64,000 nt of DNA from Nitrospirota bacterium (GTDB lineage Bacteria; Nitrospirota; Leptospirillia; Leptospirillales; Leptospirillaceae), in the NCBI GenBank assembly GCA_021785195.1, contig JAJYGC010000020.1:5817-69816 (forward strand), read 5' to 3'. Positions 41,772-51,814 of the stretch are shown here, piece by piece (position 1 is the first letter of the stretch; each line of letters opens with the position of its first letter). The notes beneath the pieces were generated by a model that did no database searches, was not told where the DNA came from, and was given only the letters and a program-made list of their open reading frames with translations. The position numbers and the translations under genes are program-made.

Positions 41772-42919
41772 CTGCGGGCTTTCCTTGGCTCGACCGCCGG
41801 AAAACGTTGTTTCAGGGGATCAGGACGCTCGTCCTGAAGATCGGAAGCACCGTCCTGTCTTCCCCGGAAACGGGGCTGGACCTCCGGTTGCAGGGCGCCA
41901 TTGCAAGGCAGGTATTCGCCCTCAGGGAAAAAGGGATCCGCGTCATCATCGTCAGCAGCGGCGCGATTGCGGCCGGACGGATGAAGCTCGGGGTCGGGAA
42001 AAGGCCGCTCTCCCTCGCCATGAAGCAGGCAGCGGCCTCCATTGGACAAAGCCGTCTCATGTGGGGATATGAAAAGGCGTTTGCCCGTCATGGAATGATG
42101 GTTTCCCAGGTTCTGCTGACCCCAAACGACGTCGTCGACCGGAAGCGCTTCATCAACCTTGAGCGGACGCTGGAAACCCTTTTGTCCCTTGACGTCGTTC
42201 CGGTCGTCAACGAGAACGATTCCGTGGCCACCGAAGAAATCCGGTTCGGGGACAATGACCGGCTTTCGGCCCTTGTATCCGGCACGGTCCGCGCGGATTT
42301 CCTCATGATTCTTTCGGATGTGGACGGTCTGTTCACGGCGGATCCGGGCGTGGATCCCGGTGCTTCCCGGATTTCCCATGTCGAATCGGTGACTCCGGAG
42401 ATCAGGAAGCTCGCGGGGATTTCCCGATCCGGCCTCGGAACGGGAGGGATGGCCTCGAAGGTGTTGACTGCGGAACTGGCCAATCAGTGGGGTCTTCCGG
42501 TGGGCATCGTCTTTGGACGCCGGGCCGGGATGCTGGACCGGTTCTTCGGGAAAGGGGAAGGAACCCTCTTTGACTCGGCCGTGACTCCATGGCCCAGCAA
42601 ACGGGTCTGGATCGGCTTTTTCGCGGACCCACGGGGGGCGATTGTCCTCGATCCCGGCGCTTCCAGTGTGCTGGAAAAAAGGAAATCAAGCCTGCTGGCA
42701 GGAGGTGTGCTCGACATCGAGGGGACGTTCCTGTCGGGAGATGTTGTCCGGCTGCTGGATGCCGGAGGCCGGGAAAAGGCGAGGGGACGTGTCCGTCTTT
42801 CCGCCTCGGAGCTTTCCGTCTGGAGGGACAGGCGCAAGAGGAATGAGACACCGGAGTCCTGGCCGATCGTGGTTCACCGAAATGAGATGGCTTTGTGGGA
42901 GGGTGCTGGAAGATCATGA
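41768..42919 (+). CDS. proB: Glutamate 5-kinase (with PUA domain)
   Basis: LVLKIGSTVL, VIIVSSGAIAAG and NENDSVATEEIRFGDND. ATGA overlap with obg. Confidence 0.92.
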   Translation: MTAGFPWLDRRKTLFQGIRTLVLKIGSTVLSSPETGLDLRLQGAIARQVFALREKGIRVIIVSSGAIAAGRMKLGVGKRPLSLAMKQAAASIGQSRLMWGYEKAFARHGMMVSQVLLTPNDVVDRKRFINLERTLETLLSLDVVPVVNENDSVATEEIRFGDNDRLSALVSGTVRADFLMILSDVDGLFTADPGVDPGASRISHVESVTPEIRKLAGISRSGLGTGGMASKVLTAELANQWGLPVGIVFGRRAGMLDRFFGKGEGTLFDSAVTPWPSKRVWIGFFADPRGAIVLDPGASSVLEKRKSSLLAGGVLDIEGTFLSGDVVRLLDAGGREKARGRVRLSASELSVWRDRRKRNETPESWPIVVHRNEMALWEGAGRS

Positions 42920-44187
42920 CGGAACAGGGGACCTACCGGCGGGAGTTGTTGGACAAGGCCGTTCTTGAGGCCAAGAAATCCCTTTCCCGTTTCCAGATCA
43001 TGCCGACAAGAACGAAAAACGATGTTCTGCTCAGACTGGCCAAAATCCTGCGGCGGGACAAGGAAAAGATCCAGGAGACCAACCGGAGGGACTACGAACT
43101 GGCGCTGGCCCGGGGACTCGAGCCGGCCCTGTGCGACAGGCTCCTGCTGACCGACGGTCGATACGAGCAGATGATCCGGGGGCTGGAGGATGTTGCAGGA
43201 CTGCCGGATCCCGTGGGCCGTGCGGTGGATCGCTGGATCAACCAGGATGGACTGCTGATCGAAAAAGTCAGTGTTCCCCTCGGGCTGGTGGGGGTCATCT
43301 ACGAATCCCGCCCCAATGTGACTGTCGAGGTGTTTTCCCTGTGCCTGAAGGCCGGGTGTACCGTGGTGCTGAAGGGGGGGTCGGAGGCGATTGCCTCCAA
43401 CTTGGCCCTGGTGGAGGCCATCCACGCCGCCCTTCGGGAGGAAGGCGTGCCTCCGGAGGGGGCCTGCTTTCTCCCTTGGGCGGACCGTTCGGCCGTGGTC
43501 GACCTTCTCGGAAACACCCGGCTCGACGTGGTCATTCCCCGTGGCGGGTCCCGGCTGATGGAAACGGTGACGGAGCATGCCAGGGTTCCGGTGCTCAGGC
43601 ACGATCAGGGAATCTGCCACATTTATGTCGGGGAATCCGCCGATCCGGAGATGACCCTGAAGGTGGTCCTCAATGCCAAGACCAGCCGTCCCTCGACGTG
43701 CAATGCCATGGAGACCCTCCTGGTGCATTCCTCCCACCTTTCTTCGCTTCTTCCGAGACTGGTCCGGATGTTGCGGGAAAGGGAGGTCCTCCTCTACGGA
43801 TGTCCGGTGACCCGGACCGTGGACGACGGAGTCCAGTCGGCCTCTCCCGAAACCTACCGCACGGAGTTCCTTGCCCTTGCGCTCAACGTTCGGGTGGTGG
43901 ATTCCCTGGACGCGGCGATGGCCCATATTTCGGAGTACGGTTCCGGCCATACCGATGCGATCCTCACCCGGGATTTGCTGGAGGCCGACCGGTTCCAGAG
44001 CGAAGTGGATTCCTCGTGTGTCATCGTGAATGCATCGACCCGGCTTCATGACGGGTTTGCCTTTGGGCTCGGGGCCGAAGTGGGGATCAGCACGACCCGG
44101 ATCCATGCGAGGGGAACCATGGGACTCAAGGAGCTCACCACGACAAAATACCTTGTCCGCGGAAACGGCCATCTTCGCCACGCATAA
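42916..44187 (+). CDS. proA: Gamma-glutamyl phosphate reductase
   Basis: PLGLVGVIYESRPNVT and TCNAMETLLVH. ATG 42916 overlaps the proB stop (ATGA). Confidence 0.92.
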   Translation: MTEQGTYRRELLDKAVLEAKKSLSRFQIMPTRTKNDVLLRLAKILRRDKEKIQETNRRDYELALARGLEPALCDRLLLTDGRYEQMIRGLEDVAGLPDPVGRAVDRWINQDGLLIEKVSVPLGLVGVIYESRPNVTVEVFSLCLKAGCTVVLKGGSEAIASNLALVEAIHAALREEGVPPEGACFLPWADRSAVVDLLGNTRLDVVIPRGGSRLMETVTEHARVPVLRHDQGICHIYVGESADPEMTLKVVLNAKTSRPSTCNAMETLLVHSSHLSSLLPRLVRMLREREVLLYGCPVTRTVDDGVQSASPETYRTEFLALALNVRVVDSLDAAMAHISEYGSGHTDAILTRDLLEADRFQSEVDSSCVIVNASTRLHDGFAFGLGAEVGISTTRIHARGTMGLKELTTTKYLVRGNGHLRHA

Positions 44188-44211
44188 CCGGATGTCCTGA
44201 GGAACGACAGG

Positions 44212-44943
44212 ATGCGTCTGCCCCGGACAGCCCTGTTTGGTGGGGCGTTCAACCCCATTCACGAGGGTCATCTCGCGCTCGCCCGCTTTCTGACCAGGCG
44301 ACTTTCCCTTGACCGGATCGTTTTTGTTCCGACGGGCCGTCCTCCCCACCGTCTCTTGCCGGGGGATCCGGGTTGTGCCCACCGGAGGGAGATGGTGGAG
44401 CGGGTCATCAGGAACCAGGCCGGATGGGAGGTCTCAGACTTCGAGTGCCGGTCCGAAGGGGTTTCGTACACACTGAACACGGTGGAGGCCCTGTTTCCGG
44501 ACCTGAAGCCCTGGCTGATCCTGGGGGCGGATGCGTTCGAGGGATTTTCCGGCTGGTTCGAGGTCGGACGCTTGCTGGACAGAGTCCATCTGTTGGTTGT
44601 GGCGCGGCCGGGAAGAACCATTGGGGGGGTCCGGGAGGCCTACCGGAAGCTGCTCCCCCTGGGTCTTCCCGAACTTCAGGCTTTCTGGGAGGGACCGGAT
44701 TGGCGGGACGAACGACTGGCCCTGTCCCTCGTCCGGATCCTGGATCCCGGGGATCCCGGGAAAGAGCGTTTTCTGGCGTTCGTCCATGCCGGGACGCCGG
44801 ACATTTCTTCCACAAGCGTCAGGGATTCCCTGAGCGCCTGGTCCCGGGGAATCAATCCCCCCGGGAATATCTTGCCAGCAATGGTCAAATCTTATATTGT
44901 TGAAAAGGGGTTGTATGGAATATCCTTCCGAAATCAGTCGTGA
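44212..44943 (+). CDS. nadD: Nicotinate-nucleotide adenylyltransferase
   Basis: LFGGAFNPIHEGHLALA (H-x-G-H) and the later ISSTSVR motif. Confidence 0.88.
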   Translation: MRLPRTALFGGAFNPIHEGHLALARFLTRRLSLDRIVFVPTGRPPHRLLPGDPGCAHRREMVERVIRNQAGWEVSDFECRSEGVSYTLNTVEALFPDLKPWLILGADAFEGFSGWFEVGRLLDRVHLLVVARPGRTIGGVREAYRKLLPLGLPELQAFWEGPDWRDERLALSLVRILDPGDPGKERFLAFVHAGTPDISSTSVRDSLSAWSRGINPPGNILPAMVKSYIVEKGLYGISFRNQS

Positions 44944-45490
44944 GTCAGCATCATCTGAAGGCGGTTTCTCCGAAAGGGAACCCCGGGAGACGAGACTGGA
45001 ACAAACGGATGTCAGGGTTCAAGAGACGGATGAACAGACCCGTGGGCGTGCCGAACGGATGGCCCGGTTTCTGCAGCACAAGAAAGTCCGTTCCGTATGG
45101 CTCATGGAGCCGGGTGCGACTTGCGCCTATGCGGATTGCCTGATTTTCGGGGATATCGAGCATGACCGCCACCGGGATGCGGTCCTCGAACAGCTTGATG
45201 CCGAGTTTACCAGGCCGGGTGAGCCGTTCCGGGCGGAAAAAGGCTCCCATTGGACCCTGGTGGATTTTGATTCGGTTGTTGTCCACCTGTTCCAGCACGG
45301 CGGAAGGGCGCTCTACCGTCTGGAGGATCTTTTCCCGAAAGCCCCGCTGTTCATTCTCCGGGAAGACGGCCAGTTCGAGGGCGTGGCTCCCGAACACCGC
45401 CCCCTGCCGGCACCCCTGGAGGATTTGGACCATTTGGATCATGAGGAGGGGCTCAGGCTTCCCTCCCCCCTCAGATCACCGGGGACCTGA
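44915..45490 (+). CDS. rsfS: Ribosomal silencing factor RsfS (Iojap) with N-terminal extension
   Basis: ADCLIFGDIEHDRH..AV...L......G....WTLVDFDSVVVHLF is the RsfS core. The start is uncertain (ATG 44915 or TTG 44897). Confidence 0.8.
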   Translation: MEYPSEISRESASSEGGFSEREPRETRLEQTDVRVQETDEQTRGRAERMARFLQHKKVRSVWLMEPGATCAYADCLIFGDIEHDRHRDAVLEQLDAEFTRPGEPFRAEKGSHWTLVDFDSVVVHLFQHGGRALYRLEDLFPKAPLFILREDGQFEGVAPEHRPLPAPLEDLDHLDHEEGLRLPSPLRSPGT

Positions 45491-46897
45491 ATGACCCGTT
45501 TTCTCCTGCTCGCCCTCCTCCTCTCCCTCGTCTTCATCGTCAAGCTCTTCGAGTGGAACCCCCAGTCCGTCACCTTCCAATTCCTTCCCAACCACCCCCT
45601 GACCCTTCCGGAAGTGACCTTTTTCGTGCTGGCCCTCGGATTGGGGGCGGGGTTTGTCATGCTGGTCCACGGGATGGGAGACCTTTTGCGGTGGGTCCGG
45701 AACCTCCGCGAGGTCCGGGAGGAAAAGCGGGAAGAAAAAGTGGCCGCACTCTGGAAAAAGGTCCGGGAGGAGCTGAACAGGTCCCACACCCCCCAGGCCA
45801 TTTCCCTGCTCGAACGGCTGGTGTCGATTTATCCGAACCACACAGAGGCCCTGCTGCTTCTGGGCAATATCAAGAGATCCCTGGGGGACACGAACGCGGC
45901 GATCCGTCTTCACCGGCGGGCCCGGGTGTTCGACGAAGAAGATGTCCGCCTGCTGGCGGCGCTGGCGGAAGATTATAACCGTGCTCGTCGGGGCGAGGAC
46001 GAGCTGGCCCTTTTCAGTGAGTATTTTCGCAAACGGGAAGGACGAAATGTCGATATCCTCGGGATTTACCGCGATCGGCTGATTTCCCAGGAAAAATGGG
46101 ATGAGGCCCTTGAGGTCCAGTCCGTGCTCTCCCGCTCGTTCCAGAAGGGTGAAAGACGTGAACGGGAAGTTGCGGTTCTGGTGGGGATCAAGTTTGAGAC
46201 CGGAAAGGCCCAGCTTTCCAGGGGAGACACGGATGCGGCCCGTCGATCGTTCCGAAGCGCGCTGAAAATTGACCCGTCCTTTCCTCCCGCGCGGATCGGC
46301 CTGGCGGAAGCCCAGTTCCGGGAAGGCAGGGTGACGGAAGCTTTTGCCACCCTGGAGGAGGGGTTTCGCCGGGACAAGGATCAGGTTTTTCTGGAACGGC
46401 TCGAGGAAATGGCCCTTGAAACCGGAAGTCCGGATCGCATTCTCGCCCTGTTCGAGAATGCCGTTTCGGCGGATCCGAACAACTCGGGACTGTTGTATGC
46501 CCGGGCCCGGCTCTTCGATCGTCTGATGCTGGTCGATTCTGCGGTGGAACTGATGGAATCCCTCGAGGGGACCGAAAACTGGGAGGGCGAGTTTTATGGC
46601 CTGCTGGGGGATCTTTACCTGAGAAAGCAGGACCGGGTCAATGCGCTTGAATCGTTCCGCAAGGGCGCCCACGGAGAGTCCCGGACCGGGAGGTACGTGT
46701 GTCGCCACTGCCAGGCCCGGCAGGTCCGATGGGCAGGTCGTTGCCCGTCCTGCAACAGCTGGGGAACGGTGATGGTCCATCCCGGATTTTTCCAGCCTCC
46801 CGGCCCCTCGGATGAGCCCGCAAGCCGTTATGCCCCAGGAGGACCGGGACTTTCGGACCCGACCTGGGACGCCTATTCCCTTGGACAATCCACCTAA
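45491..46897 (+). CDS. lapB: LapA-like (DUF1049) membrane domain fused to TPR / rubredoxin-type LapB (YciM)
   Basis: Two N-terminal TM helices separated by NPQSVTFQF, then TPR repeats, then the C-terminal CRHCQ-x10-CPSC zinc finger. Confidence 0.8.
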   Translation: MTRFLLLALLLSLVFIVKLFEWNPQSVTFQFLPNHPLTLPEVTFFVLALGLGAGFVMLVHGMGDLLRWVRNLREVREEKREEKVAALWKKVREELNRSHTPQAISLLERLVSIYPNHTEALLLLGNIKRSLGDTNAAIRLHRRARVFDEEDVRLLAALAEDYNRARRGEDELALFSEYFRKREGRNVDILGIYRDRLISQEKWDEALEVQSVLSRSFQKGERREREVAVLVGIKFETGKAQLSRGDTDAARRSFRSALKIDPSFPPARIGLAEAQFREGRVTEAFATLEEGFRRDKDQVFLERLEEMALETGSPDRILALFENAVSADPNNSGLLYARARLFDRLMLVDSAVELMESLEGTENWEGEFYGLLGDLYLRKQDRVNALESFRKGAHGESRTGRYVCRHCQARQVRWAGRCPSCNSWGTVMVHPGFFQPPGPSDEPASRYAPGGPGLSDPTWDAYSLGQST

Positions 46898-46997
46898 GGT
46901 GCGGGACAGCCCTCCCCGGGCGGTCCGGCTTGACTTTGCCCCTTGAGCCGGAAAGCGTGCCCGGGGAGAAGCCGCATCCGTTGACCGGACTTCCTTC

Positions 46998-47642
46998 GTG
47001 TGGGTGATTCCCGGATTTTCCTGCCGGTTCTGCGGGAAAGCCAGACGATCCGGGTCCCCGCTGTGCGCCGCGTGCCTGATGGAATTCGATCAGGCCACCC
47101 TGGGTCGGCCGCCGGTCCGCCCCTCCCGCGACGGTTGTCCGATTGTCTCTTCTTTCTGGTATGAGGGGTTTCCCCGCACACTGTTTCTTCAGGCGAAATT
47201 CCAGGGAGACCGGGCCATTGCGGATTTTCTGATCGGAAAAGCCTTCAGCCGTCTGGGGGATCCGGGCGGGATCGGATTGTGGCTTCCCATCCCGCCGGAT
47301 CCGGGCAGGCTATTGCAAAGGGGAATCTGTCTCCAGGATCGGATGGCCTACCGCTTCAGCCGTCTGACGGGCATTCCCTGGTCTTCGGAAGGGGGTCGTC
47401 CCCGTCCGGGGAGGCAGAGCAAGTTCCTGGACAAGGAAGAACGCTCTTTCCGCAACGACGAAAGGTGGGAACCGGTGTCGGGATCCACCCGTGCCCCGGT
47501 CCGGGGGGTATGCCTCCTGGATGACCTGGTGACAACGGGTGGGACACTGTTTTCGTTTGGCCGATTCAGAAAGGCTCAGGGAGACCAGGTCGTCATGGCG
47601 GCCACGTTGTTCGATTCGCGCTTGAGGCGGAACGGGGAATAA
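46998..47642 (+). CDS. comF: ComF-family phosphoribosyltransferase-domain protein
   Basis: N-terminal C-x2-C...C-x2-C zinc finger and the PRT motif VCLLDDLVTTGGTL. Confidence 0.8.
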   Translation: MWVIPGFSCRFCGKARRSGSPLCAACLMEFDQATLGRPPVRPSRDGCPIVSSFWYEGFPRTLFLQAKFQGDRAIADFLIGKAFSRLGDPGGIGLWLPIPPDPGRLLQRGICLQDRMAYRFSRLTGIPWSSEGGRPRPGRQSKFLDKEERSFRNDERWEPVSGSTRAPVRGVCLLDDLVTTGGTLFSFGRFRKAQGDQVVMAATLFDSRLRRNGE

Positions 47643-47707
47643 CGCTGTGTCGGCCCGGACAGCCATGAGTTGGTGATGGACCCGATCTTGAAAGGACCAG
47701 TGACACA

Positions 47708-49942
47708 ATGTCGTCTCCGGATGCCTCCTTGTTGAGCGATGAAGAGAAGGAGTCGATCCGGGATCAACTCCGACGCCTTTCGGGAGCCCTTCCGGGTTTT
47801 TCTCCCCGGGAGGGGCAGCGCCGGATGATTGCGGAGATTGCCCGGGCGTTCTCCTTTTGTCGCAATGAGGACTCGCCTCCCACGGTGGGCCGGAATCTTC
47901 TGGCGATCCAGGGACCGACCGGTACCGGAAAAACGATGGCCTATCTCCTGGCCGGACTGGTCATGGCAAAGAGCCGGAAAAAGACCCTGGTCGTCTCCAC
48001 CGCGACGGTGTCCCTCCAGGAACAGCTCGTCATGAAAGACCTCCCCCTCCTCCTCCAGGCGTCCGAAATCCCCTTTTCCTTCGAATTGGCCAAGGGGCGC
48101 GGCCGGTACCTCTGCGAGCGCAACCTCCTGAGCCTTGCCGAGGGCCGGTCCCCGGAAGAAGCGGCCTGGAAGCGCCCCCCTTCCCCGGAGGAGATCCGAA
48201 CGGTCGACCGGATGAAGGAGCGGTTCGGAAACGGATGGGACGGGGACCGGGACCGATGGGAGACCCCGGTTCCCGATGGGCTCTGGTCCTCTGTCTCGAA
48301 CCAGTCGTCATCGTGCACCGGAAAGCATTGCGACCATTATTCCCGTTGCCCATTCTTCTTGAAAAGAGAGGGTCTTTTCAGGGCGGAGATCGTCGTGGCC
48401 AACCATGATCTCGTCCTTTCGGATCTCTCCCTGGGCGGAGGGGTCCTTCTCCCGAAACCGGAAGAATCGCTGTATGTCTTCGATGAGGGACATCACCTTC
48501 CGGGGAAAAGCCTCTCCCATTTCAGGGCGGAACTGGAGATGGAAGGAGCGTTGCCCTGGATCGAGCGCCTCCCGTCGGTCCTCGCCCAGACAGCCCGCAT
48601 GAAGGATGGCAAGGAAGGAAAACCGCTTCCTTTGGAGGAAAGGGATTCCCTCTCCGAGGCGCTCCAGACCCTCTCCCGTTGGTTTGAGTCCCATTGGGAA
48701 GGCACCTTTTCGGGAAGTCCATCGGAGAAACCGGATCCGGCCGCGCGGGAGGAATCCCTTTTTGGATCGGGGGGAGAACGCTCCCTCTGGAGATTCCCGG
48801 ACGGAAGGGTTCCCGACGAGGTGGCCGGGATCGCCCGGGTGGGGGCATCGGCATCCAAAATCCTTCTGGACCGGGTTCGGGAGGAACGGGACCGACTCTC
48901 CGAGGACAGTTCCTCCCAGACCTCCGAACGGAAATCCCGGGATCGGCTGATGATGGAGCTCGGCAACCTGTCCGACCGGCTTTCCGGGGCGAATCAACTC
49001 CTCGGCCTGTTCGGGTCCGCTGATCCGTCCGAAGGCCCTCCGGTTGCCCGCTGGGTAGTGTCCAGGAGGGAAGGCGGGATCCGGGATCACCGTCTGGAGG
49101 CCAGTCCCGTTTGGGCTGGGGGACTGCTCGAACGGCTGCTCTGGGGACGGGTGTCGGCCGCGGTGGTGACCTCGGCGACGCTGGCGACCCTGGGATCGTT
49201 TTCGTCGTTTGCCTCCCGGTCGGGACTGTCTTCGTTTCCTGAGGTCACCTATACCGCTTTGCCTTCCCCGTTCCATCTGGAGCGTCAGGGGGTTCTCCGG
49301 ATCCCTCCGCTGGTGTCCAACCCCTCCGATCCCGTGGGCCATACGGACGAGATCGTCCGGATCCTGCCGGATCTCCTGGATCCGGTCGGGGGAACCCTCG
49401 TATTGTTCGCTTCCAGACGCCAGATGGAAGAGGTTCACCGGAGACTTCCCCGGGAATGGAAAGACCGGATCCATCTCCAGGGGGAACGACCCCGGTCCGA
49501 AATCCTGGACCTCCATTCCCGGCGCATTGCCCAGGGGCTGGGGTCGATCCTGTTCGGGCTTTCATCGTTTTCGGAAGGGCTGGATCTGAAGGGAGACCTG
49601 TGTACCCACGTGATCATTGCCAAAATCCCCTTTTCGGTTCCGACCGATCCGGTCGAGGAAACCCTGGCCGAATGGATCAAGCGTCGGGGGGGAGACCCGT
49701 TTCGGGAGATCTCCCTTCCCGAGGCGGGGCTTCGGCTGATCCAGGCGGCAGGGCGTTTGATCCGCTCGGAAAGCGATACGGGCACGGTGACCATCCTGGA
49801 CCGGCGGCTGACGGAAAAATCCTACGGCCCGCTTTTGATCCGGACCCTTCCTCCCTTCCGGAGGGAGCCGTCCTCCCCTCCGATGCCCGCTCGGTCCCGC
49901 AGGAAGCCCAACCCCCAGGGAGGTTCCACGGATGACGAATGA
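47708..49942 (+). CDS. dinG: DinG/YoaA-family Fe-S ATP-dependent DNA helicase
   Basis: QGPTGTGKT Walker A, a four-Cys cluster (RYLCERN...SCTGKHCDHYSRCPF), VFDEGHHL, and the C-terminal helicase motifs SFSEGLDL and AGRLIRS. Confidence 0.88.
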   Translation: MSSPDASLLSDEEKESIRDQLRRLSGALPGFSPREGQRRMIAEIARAFSFCRNEDSPPTVGRNLLAIQGPTGTGKTMAYLLAGLVMAKSRKKTLVVSTATVSLQEQLVMKDLPLLLQASEIPFSFELAKGRGRYLCERNLLSLAEGRSPEEAAWKRPPSPEEIRTVDRMKERFGNGWDGDRDRWETPVPDGLWSSVSNQSSSCTGKHCDHYSRCPFFLKREGLFRAEIVVANHDLVLSDLSLGGGVLLPKPEESLYVFDEGHHLPGKSLSHFRAELEMEGALPWIERLPSVLAQTARMKDGKEGKPLPLEERDSLSEALQTLSRWFESHWEGTFSGSPSEKPDPAAREESLFGSGGERSLWRFPDGRVPDEVAGIARVGASASKILLDRVREERDRLSEDSSSQTSERKSRDRLMMELGNLSDRLSGANQLLGLFGSADPSEGPPVARWVVSRREGGIRDHRLEASPVWAGGLLERLLWGRVSAAVVTSATLATLGSFSSFASRSGLSSFPEVTYTALPSPFHLERQGVLRIPPLVSNPSDPVGHTDEIVRILPDLLDPVGGTLVLFASRRQMEEVHRRLPREWKDRIHLQGERPRSEILDLHSRRIAQGLGSILFGLSSFSEGLDLKGDLCTHVIIAKIPFSVPTDPVEETLAEWIKRRGGDPFREISLPEAGLRLIQAAGRLIRSESDTGTVTILDRRLTEKSYGPLLIRTLPPFRREPSSPPMPARSRRKPNPQGGSTDDE

Positions 49943-50846
49943 CCAACTTCGCATTTTCCTGAAAGTGGCTGAGCTGGAAAGTTTCACGCAGGCGGGAGAG
50001 GCGCTTTTCCTGACCCAGCCCGCAGTCAGCCTCCAGGTCAAGACGCTGGAGCAGGGGCTTGAGGTTCGCCTGTTCGAACGCAAGGGACGCCAGGTCCTTC
50101 TGACCGAAGCCGGGAAGGCCCTTTTGCCCCATGCCCGTCGGATCATGGAAGAAATGGCCGACGCCCGGGCGGAGGTGGGACGGTTTTCGGAAGGGTCCCA
50201 GGGATCGCTTCGGATCGGGGCCTCCACGACCATCGGCGCCTGGCTCCTCCCTCCGATCCTGGCCGGTTTTGTCCGGAGTTTTCCGTCCATCCGGACGAGT
50301 CTGTCCATCCTGAACACCCATCAGATCATCTTCGACCTGAAAACCTCGGAGATCGATGTGGGATTCATTGAAGGGGAACTGACCCGGACCGATTCGCAGG
50401 GAGTCAATCGTTCCTTCCTGTCCCAGGACCGTCTGGTGTTCGTGGATTCGAGCGGCGCTCCCCACGTCAAGGGGGTGGAGACCTCATTGGAGGAAATCCG
50501 GCGGCTGCCGCTGATCGTTCGGGAGTCGGGCTCCGGAACGCGGCAGATTCTGGAAAATGCCTTGCTGGAAAAGGGCCTTTCCCTGGATCAGTTTTCCATT
50601 GTCCTGACGGTGGGGCATACTGGCGTGATCAAAAAACTCGTTGAAATGGGCTCGGGTGTCGCGTTCGTGTCCATCCTTTCCCTCGAGCCATCGGATTTTC
50701 AGTTCCTGAAGATTGTCCCCGTTTCGGACCTCCATCTTTCCCGGGATCTCTGGATCGTGACCCCGAAACGCCGGATGACCGAGACGGCCAGATTGTTCCT
50801 GGATCGGGTCAAGGATGATCTCTTTCGTCCCCGACCGGAAAAATGA
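49932..50846 (+). CDS. LysR-family transcriptional regulator
   Basis: LRIFLKVAELESFTQAGEALFLTQPAVSLQVKTLEQGLEVRLFER. It overlaps the dinG 3' end by 11 nt. Confidence 0.9.
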   Translation: MTNDQLRIFLKVAELESFTQAGEALFLTQPAVSLQVKTLEQGLEVRLFERKGRQVLLTEAGKALLPHARRIMEEMADARAEVGRFSEGSQGSLRIGASTTIGAWLLPPILAGFVRSFPSIRTSLSILNTHQIIFDLKTSEIDVGFIEGELTRTDSQGVNRSFLSQDRLVFVDSSGAPHVKGVETSLEEIRRLPLIVRESGSGTRQILENALLEKGLSLDQFSIVLTVGHTGVIKKLVEMGSGVAFVSILSLEPSDFQFLKIVPVSDLHLSRDLWIVTPKRRMTETARLFLDRVKDDLFRPRPEK

Positions 50847-51814
50847 CGGCTGCAACGGACCAGAAACCGTTGGAATTGCGTTCGGTGGAACTGACCCATT
50901 TCGGGGCCTTTCGGGAATGTACGTTTTCGTGGGGTCCCGGCCTCAACCTGGTGACCGGGACGAATGGCACGGGGAAGACTCACCTCCTGCGCCTGATTGC
51001 GGCGGGTTTCGGTCATTGGTCGGGCATGCCGTTTGGGCAGGGGGTGAGGGAGCTGTTCCTTGGTCCGGGAGAGCCGGTTTCCCGGCTCCTGTTCCGGGAT
51101 CCGACGGTCCGGGAGGGGGTTGTCGCCTTCAGGATGGATCGGGGGTCCTGGTCGTTTCGTCTTGGAGATTCCGGCCGCCGCCCCATGACGTTCAGCGTGC
51201 AGATCCAGTCGGGTCTGGCCCAATTGGAAACCCGTTTCCCGAGGGCATTCCTGTTCCCGTTGGGTATCGCTCCGTGGCTGCCGTCCGGCGGGAAGCCTTG
51301 TCCCGGGATGAAGCCCCTGGTCGCCCGAATCGAAAAATCCATGCCGGGACGGGTTGTGACCCGGGGAAAGGAGCTGAGGGTCTCCAATACGCGCGGGGAG
51401 ATCGGAATTTCGCTCGTGACTCCGGTGGTTCGCCAGCTCGGATTCCTTTCGCTCCTGCTTCGCCGGGGTCTGATGGCTCCGGGATCGATCCTGCTCTGGG
51501 ACATTCCCGAGGCGGACGCCGGTCCAACGTTCATGGGGGTTGTCGCGGAGTTGCTCCTCTCCCTCCAGAGATCGGGCATCCAGGTGATTGTCGCCACCCG
51601 GGACTATGTTCTGCTTAAGGAAATCGACCTCCAGCGACAATCGGAAGACGACATCCGGTATCACAGTCTGTACCGCGACGAACGGGAGGACCGGATCCGC
51701 GTTTCGGAGTCGGACGATTTCTCCGGGATGGCTCCGAACCCGGCCTCGGAGGCCTTCCGGAGCCTGTTCGACCGTGATGTGGAGCGGGCCCTTTCGAAAA
51801 AGGGCCCGCTGTGA
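50843..51814 (+). CDS. Small RecF/ABC-type (AAA_15/AAA_21-like) ATPase
   Basis: LELRSVELTHFGAFRECTFSWGPGLNLVTGTNGTGKTHLL (Walker A at 50957-50980), a Walker B-like SILLWDIPEADAGP, and QVIVATRDYVLL in the H-loop position. The ATG overlaps the LysR stop (ATGA). Confidence 0.7.
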   Translation: MTAATDQKPLELRSVELTHFGAFRECTFSWGPGLNLVTGTNGTGKTHLLRLIAAGFGHWSGMPFGQGVRELFLGPGEPVSRLLFRDPTVREGVVAFRMDRGSWSFRLGDSGRRPMTFSVQIQSGLAQLETRFPRAFLFPLGIAPWLPSGGKPCPGMKPLVARIEKSMPGRVVTRGKELRVSNTRGEIGISLVTPVVRQLGFLSLLLRRGLMAPGSILLWDIPEADAGPTFMGVVAELLLSLQRSGIQVIVATRDYVLLKEIDLQRQSEDDIRYHSLYRDEREDRIRVSESDDFSGMAPNPASEAFRSLFDRDVERALSKKGPL

